64,000 nucleotides of DNA, taken from assembly GCA_002269645.1 (NCBI GenBank), contig NIVC01000722.1, positions 1-64,000 on the forward strand, given 5' to 3'. The translations under genes and the position numbers were made by a program. Below, piece after piece: positions 37,965 through 50,589 of the stretch. The notes beneath the pieces are model-generated. The model did no database searches. It was given only the letters and a program-made list of their open reading frames with translations, and had not been told where the DNA came from. Source of the stretch: Macrostomum lignano (taxonomy: Eukaryota). How positions within the stretch are numbered: the stretch's first letter is position 1; every line of letters begins with the position of its first letter.

Positions 37965-38615
37965 TCTCCCCAGACTCCCCCAGTCTCCCTCAATCTCTCC
38001 CCCACAGTCTCCCCCAATCTCTCCCCACAGTCTCCCCAATCTCTCCCCACAGTCTCCCCCAATCTCTCCCCACAGTCTTCCCCAATCTCTCCCCACAGTT
38101 TCCCCCAATCTCTCCCCACAGTCTCCCCAATCTCTCCCCACAGTCTCCCCAATCTCTCCCCACAGTCTCCCCCAATCTCTCCCCACAGTCTCCCCCAATC
38201 TCTCCCCACAGTCTTCCCCAATCTCTCCCCACAGTCCCCCAATCTCTCCCCACAGTCCCCTCAATCTCTCCCCACAGTCTCCCCAATCTCTCCCCACAGT
38301 CTCCCTAATCTCTCCCCACAGTCTCCCCAATCTCTCCCACAGTCTCCCCAATCTCTCCCCACAGTCTCCCCCAATCTCTCCCCACAGTCTCCTCAATCTC
38401 TCCCCACAGTCTCCCCAATCTCTCCCCACAGTCTCCCCAATCTCTCCCCACAGTCTCCCTAATCTCTCCCCACAGTCTCCCCAATCTCTCCCACAGTCTC
38501 CCCAATCTCTCCCCACAGTCTCCCCCAATCTCTCCCCACAGTCTCCTCAATCTCTCCCCACAGTCTCCCCAATCTCTCCCCACAGTCTCCCCAATCTCTC
38601 CCACAGTCTCCCTCA
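37965..38615. repeat. 22-23-bp pyrimidine-rich minisatellite
   Basis: Unit CCCCACAGTCTCCCCAATCTCT. Confidence 0.93.
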
Positions 38616-39874
38616 ATCCTTCATCTAAGACAAGCCTAATTACAGTGGCCAGTTTTCTTGCAAGAAAACATTTCTAACTGAAATGCGAGATCAAGTGCAA
38701 AAAAAGGAAGCTAGCCAGAGGCCACTCCAGGTCTCAGATTTGGTTCTCCCAGACCAGCTCCGTAGGGGGTCTATAAAGTCGACTAAGGCTGCTGGACCAA
38801 GGCAGCGGGGCCTCGCTCTTCCTCATTAATAATTAATGAGCAGGCCAAGCCCGGCGGCGCAAATCTCCATTCAGCCCTCTTCCCCTTACCTCAGTTCCCA
38901 GTTCCCGTGTGCGGCTATTATGCCAGCTCACGATGGGGCATAGATGATGCAGCATAGGAGAACTTGCCAGTCTCAGTCTGCATCAATAAAGCTATTTTAA
39001 TCCCTTTCCCTTTCTCTGAAAACGAACTGTATTTGAAACCTGTAAACAATTTTGAGGAGTAAAGCAAACAATTCAAAGCAAACAGTTGAATGCAGCTTTA
39101 ATTATTAAATATCTGCTTTCTGCGAGTCTGTCAGTCAGTCAGACGGGTTTGACTTTGATAAACATGTATTTCGAAATTCTAAGAGCATCGGATGAGAAAT
39201 TGCAATAGGCCGGGACAAAAAAGGTCAGAAATCAATTATCTTAGCTGCTGCTGTGCCGCATTGGGGAGAGTCTATAGTGTATATAATATTACTATGAACA
39301 ATGTATAAAAAATCATTTGGATAAAATTATCACACAAGAAATATTCGATGACTATAGTTAATACAAATGAATAAAATTTTCGCTAACGCCGATATAAATA
39401 ACTGAATAACAGAATAAAAAAGGAGCGAATGAAGTGACTGCGCAACTTCAGTGTTAGTCAGTCAGGTACTGTCAAGTATCAACATTAGTCAATAAGTGTA
39501 GACAGGTAAGCAGCACAGAAATACTAAGTATTGACAAAATGAGGTCGGTCAAAATTGAATAATTGTTAGTCATGCGCGTTAGGACAGTGTGTACTTTGTT
39601 TGAACAGACAATTATGGCTGCTGGAATGGCATGGACATTGAAAAATTAACACGCAGCCGTGGATATGATATGCTTAGTAATTCATGTACAAAACATTAGC
39701 GATAGACTTAAATACGCTCGTAAACACATGTATGGCAGTTATGAAAAATGACTAATCCAACACTTTTGATTGACTTTTGCGCCTGAGAAACCGGAGACTT
39801 GCTGTATGCGCGTAATGACTTTCATGGCCATTCTGCAACTGGGTTAGGAGCGGTTCTGAAGGGCGACTCTCGAG

Positions 39875-40280
39875 TAGACTAGGGGCGATTCTCATGGTAG
39901 ATTAGGGGCGATTCATGGTAGATTAGGGGCGATTCTCATGGTAGATTAGGGGCGATTCTCATGGTAGATTAGGGGCGATTCTCATGGTAGATTAGGGGCG
40001 ATTCTCATGGTAGATTAGGGGCGTTTCTCATGGTTGATTAGAGGCGATTCTCATAGTGGACTAAAGGCGATTCTCATAGTAGATTAAGTAGATTAGGGGC
40101 GTTTCTCATGGTAGATTAGGGGCGTTTCTCATGGTAGATTAGGGGCGATTCTCATAGTGGACTAGAGGCGATTCTCATAGTAGATTAAGTAGATTAGGGG
40201 CGTTTCTCATGGTAGATTAGGGGCGATTCTCATAGTAGATTCAGTAGATTAGAGGCGATTCTCATGGTAGATTAGGGGAA
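39875..40280. repeat. 23-bp minisatellite downstream of the syntrophin stop
   Basis: Unit GATTAGGGGCGATTCTCATGGTA. Confidence 0.9.
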
Positions 40281-40444
40281 ATTCTAATACATGTAGCAGA
40301 TCAGGGGCGTTTCTAAAGGGCAAATCTCTAAGTAAACCAGGGGATCAGCTTGGATTTAAATATACATTTCTTAAAAATTTCAACATTAAACAGTCAGTAG
40401 ACCTACTGAGCCCCACTAACCTACGCGTGCAAGAGTGCATCGAC

Positions 40445-43400
40445 TCAAGCCATCAGCAGACCGTGCCTGTGCAGTTTAGAGCTCAGGATAGTGTGCAGAA
40501 TAAACACGAACGGCTTCGGACAGCCGAGCAGGTCCAACTCGAACTGGCCCTGCTCGCCAAAGTCCAGCCAGGCCAGCCTCTGTCCGTCATCGGCCGACCG
40601 GCGCAGGCTCTCGTACGGCAGGCACCACAGCTGACGGCCGCTGGCCGCCTCTCGCATGGAGAAGCCGCAGTCGGCGTGCAGCACCAGGCGGCAGTCGTGC
40701 CCGGCGTAGCGGCAGGCCACGGCCACCTCCTGGGCGCTCTCCACCGCCGAGTGCGCCGCGTCAACCAGGGTGCGCGACCAGGCGGCCAGGTCCGCCTCAG
40801 TCTCCACGCGGAACACGTGGGCTTCAACGCCGAGCCGGCCGCCTGTTCGAGTGCCGAACAGCCAGTAGGTGGCCTGGCGGGCAGTGGGCACCAGACGGGT
40901 GGCCAGCAGCGGGTGCTGGTGCATTGGCGAGGACCAGGCCTCGCGGCTGGCCGGAGCGGCCTCGTACAGCAGGATGTCCCGGTCAGAGATCGCGCAGAAG
41001 GCCGGCCGCCAGCCCGGGTGGCCAGAGTCGTCATGTACCTGCGAGAGTGATGGTGAGGGAGTGAATGAGTGAATCAGGCAGTGGGTGAATACTTGAGTGA
41101 ATGGCAGTGAGTGAATGGCAGTGAGTGAATGACAATGAGTGAATGGCAGTGAGTGAATGACAATGAGTGAATGGTAATGAGCAATGAGTGAATGGCAGTG
41201 AGTGAATGGCAGTGAGTTAATGAGGCTTTGAGTGAATGGCAGTGAGTGAATGGCAGTGAGTGAATGGCAGTGAGTGAATGGCAATGAGTGAATGAATGGC
41301 AGTGAGTGAATGGCAATGAGTGAATGAATGGCAGTGAGTGAATGGCAATGAGTGAATGACAACGAGTGAATGGTAATGAGTAAATGGCAATGAGTGAATG
41401 GCAGTGAGTGAATGGTAATGAGTTAATGAAGCTATGAGTGAATGGCACTGAGTGAATGGCACTGAGTGAATGGCAGTGAGTGAATGGAAATGAGTGAATG
41501 GAAATAAGTGAATGAGGCAATAAGTGAGTGGCAATGTAAATTTCGGTGGGGAAAAATAGTTTTCAAGGGCAAAAAAGCAAACTAAATTATTCTACGAAAA
41601 GCTGCAGACCGAGGCCTGCTCCCCTCCACACGAAATCTACATTATGAATAGAATCGCAATTTTTCCAGCCAAGTTTTTTCTTCAAATTTTCCACTTCAAA
41701 ATGTAAAAAATTTCTGCCATCATAGTCGTCTTTATTAGACTGAACCGCTAAATCGGCAGTAAAAAATTGCGCACAAGAAAGAACAATCAAGCAGGATTAG
41801 GAATTAGGCGGTTGGAAACCCATCGCATGAACTGAAGAGCCATAAAACAAGCCAGGCTGTTAAAACGCTGCGCACAGTGCCCGCCTTCCAGCGCCATAAA
41901 AACTGATTTAAAAAATATGACAGGAGATTTCTACGAAAACTATGATGGGCGGGCCGGATTCGAAACTGCGCAGTGGCAAGGCAGAATTCCGATGCGGCGT
42001 GGCAGCTTTTAGATTGGCAGTTTTATAGGAATGGCAGCTTTTTAGATTGGCAGTTTTAAATGGCAGCTTTTAGATTGGCAGTTTTATAGGAATGGCAGCT
42101 TTTTAGATTGGCAGTTTTAAATGGCAGCTTTTAGATTGGCAGTTTTATAGGAATGGCAGCTTTTTAGATTGGCAGTTTTAAATGGCAGCTTTTAGATTGG
42201 CAGTTTTATAGTAATGGCAGCTTTTTAGATTGGCAGTTTTAAATGGCAGCTTTTAGATTGGCAGTTTTATAGGAATGGCAGCTTTTTAGATTGGCAGTTT
42301 TAAATGGCAGCTTTTAGATTGGCAGTTTTATAGGAATAGCAGCTTTTTAGATTGGCAGTTTTAAATGGCAGCTTTTAGATTGGCAGTTTTATAGGAATGG
42401 CAGCTTTTTAGATTGGCAGTTTTAAATGGCAGCTTTTAGATTGGCAGTTTTATAGGAATAGCAGCTTTTTAGATTGGCAGTTTTAAATGGCAGCTTTTAG
42501 ATTGGCAGTTTTATAGGAATGGCAGCTTTTTAGATTGGCAGTTTTAAATGGCAGCTTTTAGATTGGCAGTTTTATAGGAATGGCAGCTTTTTAGATTGGC
42601 AGTTTTAAATGGCAGCTTTTAAATTGGCAGTTTTAAAGGAATGGGAGCTTTTAGTTTGGCAGTTTTATAGGAATGGCAGCTTTTTAGATTGGCAGTTTTA
42701 TAGGAATGGCAGCTTTTTAGATTGGCAGTTTTATAGGAATGGCAGCTTTTAGATTGGCAGTTTTATAGGAATGGCAGCTTTTTAGATTGGCAGTTTTATA
42801 GGAATGGCAGCATTTTAGATTGGCAGTTTTAAATGGCAGCTTTTAGATTGGCAGTTTTATAGGAATGGCAGCTTTTTAGATTGGCAGTTTTATAGGAATG
42901 GCAGCTTTTAGATTGGCAGTTTTATAGGAATGGCAGCTTTTTAGATTGGCAGTTTTATAGGAATGGCAGCATTTTAGATTGGCAGTTTTAAATGGCAGCT
43001 TTTAGATTGGCAGTTTTATAGGAATGGCAGCTTTTTAGATTGGCAGTTTTATAGGAATGGCAGCTTTTAGATTGCCAGATTTATAGGAATGGCATTTGTT
43101 TAGATTGGCAGTTTTATAGGAATGGCAGCTTTTAGATTGCCAGTTTTATAGGAATGGCATTTGTTTAGATTGGCAGTTTTATAGGAATGGCAGCTTTTAG
43201 ATTGCCAGATTTATAGGAATGGCAGCTTTTAGATTGCCAGATTTATAGGATTGGCAGCTTTTAGATTGCCAGTTTTATAGGAATGGCATTTGTTTAGATT
43301 GGCAGTTTTATAGGAATGGCAGCTTTTAGATTGTCAGATTTATAGGAATGGCAGCTTTTAGATTGGCAGTTTTATAGGAATGGCAGCTTCTAGATTGCCA

Positions 43401-45332
43401 GTTTTATAGGAATGGCAGCTTTTAGATTGCCAGTTTTATAGGAATGGCAGCTTTTAGATTGCCAGATTTATAGGAATGGCAGCTTTTAGATTGCCAGTTT
43501 TATAGGAATGGCAGCTTTTAGATTGCCAGTTTTATAGGAATGGCAGCTTTTAGATTGCCAGACTTATAGGATTGGCAGCTTTTAGATTGCCAGTTTTATA
43601 GGAATGGCAGTTGTTTAGATTGCCAGTTTTATAGGAATGGCAGCTTTTTAGATAGGCAGTTTTAAATGGCAGCTTTTAGATTGGCAGTTTTATAGGAATG
43701 GCAGCTTTTTAGATTGGCAGTTTTATAGGAATGGCAGCTTTTAGATTGCCAGATTTATAGGAATGGCATTTGTTTAGATTGGCAGTTTTATAGGAATGGA
43801 AGCTTTTAGATTGCCAGATTTATAGGAATGGCAGCTTTTAGATTGCCAGTTTTATAGGAATGGCAGTTGTTTAGATCGCCAGTTTTATAGGAATGGCAGC
43901 TTTTAGATTGCCAGATTTATAGGATTGGCAGCTTTTAGATTGCCAGTTTTATAGGAATGGCAGCTTTTAGATTGCCAGTTTTATAGGAATGGCAGCTTTT
44001 AGATTGCCAGATTTATAGGAATGGCAGCTTTTAGATTGCCAGTTTTATAGGAATGGCAGCTTCTAGATTGCCAGTTTTATAGGAATGGCAGCTTTTAGAT
44101 TGCCAGATTTATAGGAATGGCAGCTTTTAGATTGCCAGTTTTATAGGAATGGCAGCTTTTAGATTGCCAGATTTATAGGAATGGCAGCTTTTAGATTGCC
44201 AGTTTTATAGGAATGGCAGCTTTTAGATTGCCAGTTTTATAGGAATGGCAGCTTTTAGATTGCCAGTTTTATAGGAATGGCAGCTTTTAGATTGCCAGAC
44301 TTATAGGATTGGCAGCTTTTAGATTGCCAGTTTTATAGGAATGGCAGTTGTTTAGATCGCCAGTTTTATAGGAATGGCAGTTGAGTCTGGCAGTTTTATA
44401 GGAATGGCAGTTGAGTCTGGCAGTTTTATAGGAATGGCAGTTGAGTCTGGCAGTTTTATAGGAATGGCAGTTGAGTCTGGCAGTTTTATAGGAATGGCAG
44501 CTTTTAGATTGCCAGATTTATAGGAATGGCAGCTTTTAGATTGCCAGTTTTATAGGAATGGCAGTTGAGTCTGGCAGTTTTATAGGAATGGCAGTTGAGT
44601 CTGGCAGTTTTATACGAATGGCAGTTGAGTCTGGCAGTTTTATAGGAATGGCAGTTGAGTCTGGCAGTTTTATAGGAATGGCAGTTGAGTCTGGCAGTTT
44701 TATAGGAATGGCAGTTGAGTCTGGCAGTTTTATAGGAATGGCAGTTGAGTCTGGTGCATAACTTCAAACCTTCCCTTGCCCCAGCCCTTAAGCCAGTACA
44801 AGGACGACTAAAGTGAAATGACAAGAAACCAAGTTTTTTAATAGAAAAATCATTCTTAATTAGGCAAGTCAACAAGCTGACTATTCTACATTTTTTAAGG
44901 ATCTTGGAGGGTGGCGATGGCCCAGCAACCCATCGTTCCCGTTGTTGTATTTGCTTCTGCTAATTGAAAATCCTCACCTGCTCAGCCAGCCATCCCATCT
45001 GTTTGACCTCCTGGCTGGCCGGCAGCACCCGATTCAGCTCGGCCAGGCAGGCGGCAGTCAGCAGGTCGATCTGGGCGTGCAGTGCAGCGAACCAGACGTT
45101 GGCCCGTTCGGGCGTCGGGCAGCGCAGCAGGCAGGAGCGCTTGCAGCAGGGGCTGTGCAGCTCCAGGCAGCAGCGGCCGGGGTCCGGCAGGCTGAGGCCG
45201 CGGCACAGGTAGCTCAGGCGGAGCGGCACGCTGCGGCGCTCGCCTGCGCCGGCAGAGCTCCCGGCAGAGCTGGCGGCGCCTGTCGTTGACGAGGCCGAAG
45301 GAGCTGATGAAGCTGACGCCTGCGACTGCGGC

Positions 45333-45363
<31 letters not shown>

Positions 45364-47689
45364 GCAGTTCAGTCACGATTTTTGGTTGGATGCCATGTTA
45401 CTTTAAGTATTCATAATTATGCCAGTTTTTTTAAATATCAAACGTTTGTTTTGTTCTCTTTTGTGAGGAGTAAGTAGCCCAGCAACTGAGGATATGGGAG
45501 GCTGGCTGCTCAGCAACAGGATCTGGGAGGCTGACTGCTCAGCAACTGAGGATCTGGGAGGCTGACCCAGCAACTGAGGATCTGGGAGACTGGCTCAGCA
45601 ACTGAGGATCTGGGAGGCTGGCCCAGCAACTGAGGATCTGGGAGGCTGGCCCAGCAACTGAGGATCTGGGAGGCTGGCCCAGCAACTGAGGATCTGGGAG
45701 ACTGGCTCAGCAACTGAGGATCTGGGAGACTGGCTCAGCAACTGAGGATCTGGGAGGCTGGCCCAGCAACTGAGGATCTGGGAGGCTGGCCCAGCAACTG
45801 AGGATCTGGGAGGCTGGCCCAGCAACTGAGGATCTGGGAGGCTGGCCCAGCAACTGAGGATCTGGGAGACTGGCTCAGCAACTGAGGATCTGGGAGACTG
45901 GCTCAGCAACTGAGGATCTGGGAGGCTGGCTGCCCAGCAACTGAGGATCTGGGAGGCTGGCTGCCCAGCAACTGAGGATCTTGGAGGCTCGCCCATGGAA
46001 GGGGAAATCCCTCCCATTCCGAGCACTCACACCAGCAGGCTGAGCTGGAACTGTCTCGGCGGGGCCGCCCCAGCCAACCTCGGCCAGTGTGGCGGCTGTC
46101 GGCTTCCGGAAGTACGGCGTGACCTCCCGCAGGAATTTCACCTCCAGTTCCACAACCTTGCCGGCCTTTTTCAATGCCTTGACGGCGTCGTCGTGGCTGG
46201 CCTCGCGCAGATCCTCGCCGTTGACTGACAGAATCGCGTCGCCAACGTAGAGAGCCCCGGACTTGTCGGCCGACATGCCGGCGAAGATTTTGCTGATCAG
46301 AATCGGCATCTTGTTCTCCCGGCCGCCTTTGATGCTGATGCCCAGGCCGGTGCCCTCCTCCTTCACGATGCGCACCAGGCGCTTCTGCGAGGACGGCGCG
46401 TCCATTGGGGGTGACTGCGTTGCGGGATCTGGGCAGGGCAGTTCAAGTGGGATTTTTTAGCTGATTTGTGTCTAAAGCAATATCATACAATAATTATTGA
46501 ATAAGTTTTATTGGCAATTGATTTTTTTAATGTTTAGAAGGAAATTGGCATGAAATATAGCTTTAGGAGTTAGTATAAAATTTTCCAGATATAACTATAA
46601 CATTTCTAATATTTCTATTAAGCAACCTAATATTTTTGTAGAGACCTACAGTATCAACAAAGGCTTGATAGTTAATATGTTTACTATATTGGAAATGTTG
46701 ACAAAATCAGCTATAATTTGTAACTGCTAAGAAACTTTTTTTGAAATAAGATGCTGTTTTAGGTGCGCTTATTTTTATATGTTTATCATCATTAGTGAAC
46801 TAAAATTTGCTAAATTTATATTGTAAAACTTATATTCATATTTTTACTTTATTGAGGCAAAAAATAACTCGTAATTTTATCTATGACTATAATCTAGAAT
46901 ATATATAACATTTTCTTCTAAGATAAGGTCAGTACAATGTAAGTATTATATATATTTTATTCAATCTTACTATTGTATTTAATAGCAAAAATTTAGCTTT
47001 GAAATTTTTAGTATTTAAAACAATATAATTTCTTTGTTTGGTATAATACTAAAATACTTCTACAGTTTTATCAATTTGGTGGCCCATGATAAATCGATGC
47101 AATTCCTATAATCTAGACAAATTAAAATTCTAGGTAATCTAAAATTAATAGAGGAAGAAAGAAATATTTTATTAGTCTAAAATGCAAATTTACTACCTTT
47201 AGCTCCATGGTTATCATTAGCACCATTTGATATTGCATCATTTGCATCAGAGGGACCATTTGTAGACTTGAATGCATCTCCTCCTGACTTGTCCTTTGAA
47301 GTGTCCGACTTTTGCTGTCTTTGGTCATTTTGGAATGTTTGTGATGCTCCCTTTTGTGATGACTCTTGCGCTAAACTTGGCTGAAAACTTTTAGAAAAAC
47401 TTCCTTCGGATTTAGATGCATCATCAGACGAGCCAACTTTTGCTAACTGGTTCTGTTTTGCACCTGATGAAGATTCTGCTCCAGCTCTTTGACTTGGAGA
47501 ACTGTCAATGTCAACCTCGCCATTTTTAGTTGCATCGCTCTTTGATAAGTTTTCTGCTGCTGCTGACGCAGGTATAAAAATAATTAGAGAATCCTCGTGT
47601 AAAGATACAGTCACAGTTATCCATTTTTGTCGAACGTATATTTCTAAATCTTCAGTTAAAATACATGTATCCAATGCCATAGCAGACAT
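40445..47689 (-). CDS. SNTB1: Syntrophin, alpha/beta type (split PH1, PDZ, PH2, SU), 622 aa; exons 47689-47197, 46428-46031, 45361-44978, 41038-40445
   Basis: PH1a ([21 protein letters not shown]), PDZ ([22 protein letters not shown]), PH (QMGWLAEQ; WRPAFCA) and SU ([22 protein letters not shown]). Splice phases 1, 0, 0 give 1869 nt, an exact multiple of 3. The paralog label is approximate. Confidence 0.93.
41060..41525. repeat. 14-bp minisatellite abutting the syntrophin exon-4 acceptor
   Basis: Unit GAGTGAATGGCAGT. Confidence 0.9.
42001..44755. repeat. 2.75-kb satellite in syntrophin intron 3 (32-bp unit; 28+33 dimer at one end, 30-bp variant at the other)
   Basis: TTTTATAGGAATGGCAGCTTTTAGATTGGCAG, ending as GTTTTATAGGAATGGCAGTTGAGTCTGGCA. 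Confidence 0.95.
45478..45985. repeat. 28-bp minisatellite in syntrophin intron 2
   Basis: Unit CAGCAACTGAGGATCTGGGAGGCTGGCC. Confidence 0.93.
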
Positions 47690-48114
47690 GGAGTTATCCG
47701 GCTTTTACTTTGAAGAGCATTAGAGCAAACACGAAACGATACTCGAAATATACAGCGAAGTTTAAAATAAAGACTGCAATTATTTTTATAAATATATCAA
47801 GCCAACTATAAAACTTCACTAAACAGTCAGCTAGCTTTAGCAATCTGAAGCACTAAACTAAGCCGGTTCTAGAAATCAGCGGTTAAAGTTCTTGTAAAAT
47901 AATTGTAATCAAATTTTTTCCAAAATTTTCGTGTAAAATATAACAAAAATTACACAAAAGTAAAGCAGTCTAAGGCTGTATTTATTTTTATTAGATCTCT
48001 TAGAGTTTTTCTTCTTCTTTTATATATTTAAAGCCCAAACATTAAGTTAACTTTCGAAGGCATCACATGGTAAGAATAAGTCCTTTTGAGCAAGTCTTTT
48101 ATGCATTTCAACAA

Positions 48115-48742
48115 AGCTTTTTTGCAGCCCATTTGGGCTTATACCATGGACGATACGCGCTGTAACCTGTAATTAATCCAAGATATTATTGCCTAAGTTA
48201 CGACGAAGCTTTTGTCTAATGTTAGCAAGGTTGGCACAAGCAGCATTTGGTCCAAAAAGCATCAATTTGGTCCATATAGAGTCTGTGAAACCCAATCGAG
48301 TTACGGCTGTGTGATGCATTAAATTTATTTAAGATAATTTCTCTGTACCAATACATGCACAGGGTGACTTCAAAAATTCAATCTGCTCAATTGTAACAAA
48401 AACAAAAAGATCTTTATTACATGGTCAACACTCCGCTTCGATCACGAGCCTAATGGCGTTCGTTAGAGTCTAGAATATATGCATGGTCCTCACTTCTGGG
48501 ACTGAACTTGCTCCTCCGAAGCAGCTGTAAATGAAACATTACGTCTATTCTCACTGCTTGAGACACTCTTGTCTAAATAAAAATCTAGGGGTAAAACTAC
48601 AGAGCCGTTGTATGGACAAAATTGAATGCTGCTGTGCCAGCCTTGCCAGCCAGCCAATAGACTGCAGCTCCATTACTTTGGCAAGTATATCTTGAAAGGA
48701 ATTCTCAGGATGCGTGTAGGCCCAAATGGACTGCAAAAAGCT
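48115..48742. repeat. Degenerate long inverted repeat (arms ~48115-48290 and ~48599-48742); probable old MITE/foldback
   Basis: The reverse complement of the left arm aligns with the right arm, e.g. TATGGACCAAATTGA, ATGCTGCTTGTGCCAACCTTGC, TATATCTTG and GCCCAAATGGGCTGCAAAAAAGCT versus GCCCAAATGGACTGCAAAAAGCT. Confidence 0.6.
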
Positions 48743-48973
48743 ATAGCAAAAGCGATGAAGTAGTTTAAATCATAGATTTACGATTTATTTGGTCAGTCGC
48801 GAGTTCATGGTTTGTAAATTCGATACAATTCTATACTTACTTAAATAGGATGTTAGATAAACTACAGGAAAAAACGCTTAAACTTTCTCAGTGTAAACAA
48901 TAAATAGCAATTCATTTGGCATGTGGCATAATGTCAGATAAATGTTGAAGAGTTTAATAGATTTATAATCAAG

Positions 48974-49909
48974 TCAAACGTCAGCAGACTCGCAGTTGTC
49001 ATCGCCCTCTTCGTCGGTTCCGTCGCTCTCCTCTCTGGCAAGGCGTCGCCGTTTCCGTCTGCGCAATTGAGCAGTGGTGATCGGCGATCGCTTGCCGGTT
49101 TTCGGCTTCGCTTTTTTTGGCGACGCCTCCTCGTCTTCAGCCTCATCTTCATCACTAATCTCCTCTTCCTCCTCTTCCTCCTCTTCTTCTTCTTCGTCCT
49201 CCTCGAACTCGTCGATTTTTGCTCCAGCCAGTCGAAATCGTGATGAATCGTCGATCGCATCCAATCCGTCGCTTTCGCCGTCGTCATCGCCGGCCTCCTC
49301 ATTGATCTGCCCGTCGGCGGCGTCTCCATCGTCGTCGGGGTCGTGCACGCGCACCTGGTGCAGGCCGGTGAGCCACACGGGACCGGCGCCCTCGGCCAGC
49401 TCGAAGGTCACCTCGTTCTGGCTGTCCAGCACAAACTCGTAGCCGAGGCTGACCGTCCGCTGACTGTCCGGATCGATGCACACTATCGGACAGGTGTCCG
49501 GCTCGTCCTGTCCGTAGCACTTGGTGCGCACGGCGATCAGGTGGACGCCGGCGGCTTTGGGACCCAGGATGCAGGCGTTCACCTTCAGCACGTGCTGCAT
49601 GAAGTCGGCGTCGGCGGCGGCCTCGCCGTTCAACTCGGCCACCTCGTCTTCGTTGCCATTCGGCGTCAGATTTTTTTCATCGTTAATTTTTGTCCTGTCA
49701 GCAGTTTTTTTATTGCCATTTCCGTCGCCATGGTGACGCTTGGAATTCTCGCGCTTCTCAATGCCGGCAGTGTAGCACCGCTCCGGCTCCCAGCTGTACC
49801 TGGCTTTGGCCGCAGTGAGCTGGCAGTTCCAGAAGTAGAATGACACCTGCTGCCGGGCAGCAGACTGCTGCAGACTGTTGCTGATGCACTGGGCGAGTTC
49901 TGCCGACAT
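48974..49909 (-). CDS. Nucleoplasmin-like (NPL fold) acidic histone chaperone, copy 1, intronless, 311 aa
   Basis: FWNCQL, YSWE, HVLKVNACILG and VTFELAEGAGPVWLTGLH (compare nucleoplasmin VTF.L..GSGPV.ISG.H), followed by a poly-Glu tract and basic NLS-like PKKAKPK/RRRKRRR. Confidence 0.85.
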   Translation of the reverse strand: MSAELAQCISNSLQQSAARQQVSFYFWNCQLTAAKARYSWEPERCYTAGIEKRENSKRHHGDGNGNKKTADRTKINDEKNLTPNGNEDEVAELNGEAAADADFMQHVLKVNACILGPKAAGVHLIAVRTKCYGQDEPDTCPIVCIDPDSQRTVSLGYEFVLDSQNEVTFELAEGAGPVWLTGLHQVRVHDPDDDGDAADGQINEEAGDDDGESDGLDAIDDSSRFRLAGAKIDEFEEDEEEEEEEEEEEEISDEDEAEDEEASPKKAKPKTGKRSPITTAQLRRRKRRRLAREESDGTDEEGDDNCESADV

Positions 49910-49966
49910 GGCTGATGAATGAAGCTACGATGACTTAGAGCAATTTTCTTGCCTTATGGCATAGTA

Positions 49967-50054
49967 TTTATACTTCGGCATCTGGATGAGAGAAGGTTTT
50001 GCCGTTCCATTCTGATTGGCTGAAATCAGTTTGTCGGTCTAGAGGTCACGTGAC
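49967..50054 (-). promoter_or_regulatory. Core promoter of nucleoplasmin-like copy 1
   Basis: Minus-strand TATAAA at 49972..49967, CAGCCAATCAG (CCAAT box) at 50022..50012, and palindromic E-box GTCACGTGAC at 50045-50054, in canonical order upstream of the ATG. Confidence 0.6.
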
Positions 50055-50589
50055 GTACATTATTTCAGTCTGAGTTGATTTCTAATCAATAAGCAAGCTG
50101 TACTTGAATTGCGCAATCTAAAAATATACAAAAATATGAAAAAAATATTCTTGATCAACTTTTAAATGGATTCATATGCATGAATGAGCAGTCAATGCTA
50201 TAGACAGGTAAAAAAGGGAATACCTGCTTTCATAATCAAAAAATGACAAAAATCGACAATCCAAATCAATGATTACTCCTCGTTTCTCTGGATGAAATTC
50301 AATTTGCTCATACTTTTGCTTGAAGAAACCTGTCGTTTATTTCGAATTTAAAGAAAAAAGCTACGTGTTGCTAGGTTCTACAGAAGACAAAACGGTTGCT
50401 AAAAAACTGCATTGCATTTCCTTATAATTAAATAATAAAACTATTATGCAGTTGAGAAGTCATTACAACCTACTATAGCTAACACAATATATGCACCTGA
50501 TAATACTCAATTCTTTACTTTGAATCTACCTGCGTGTAGAAGTACATTGGATATAGAAGCATTTGCTTTTTGAGCTAAGAAATCCTGAA

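Noticed and set aside
40427-41072. ORFs overlapping or antisense to syntrophin, nucleoplasmin-like, PNP and piggyBac coding regions (e.g. 40427..41050, 49343..49843, 54595..55347, 5599..6081)
   Set aside because: Shadow ORFs expected from GC3-rich coding sequence; no independent motifs.
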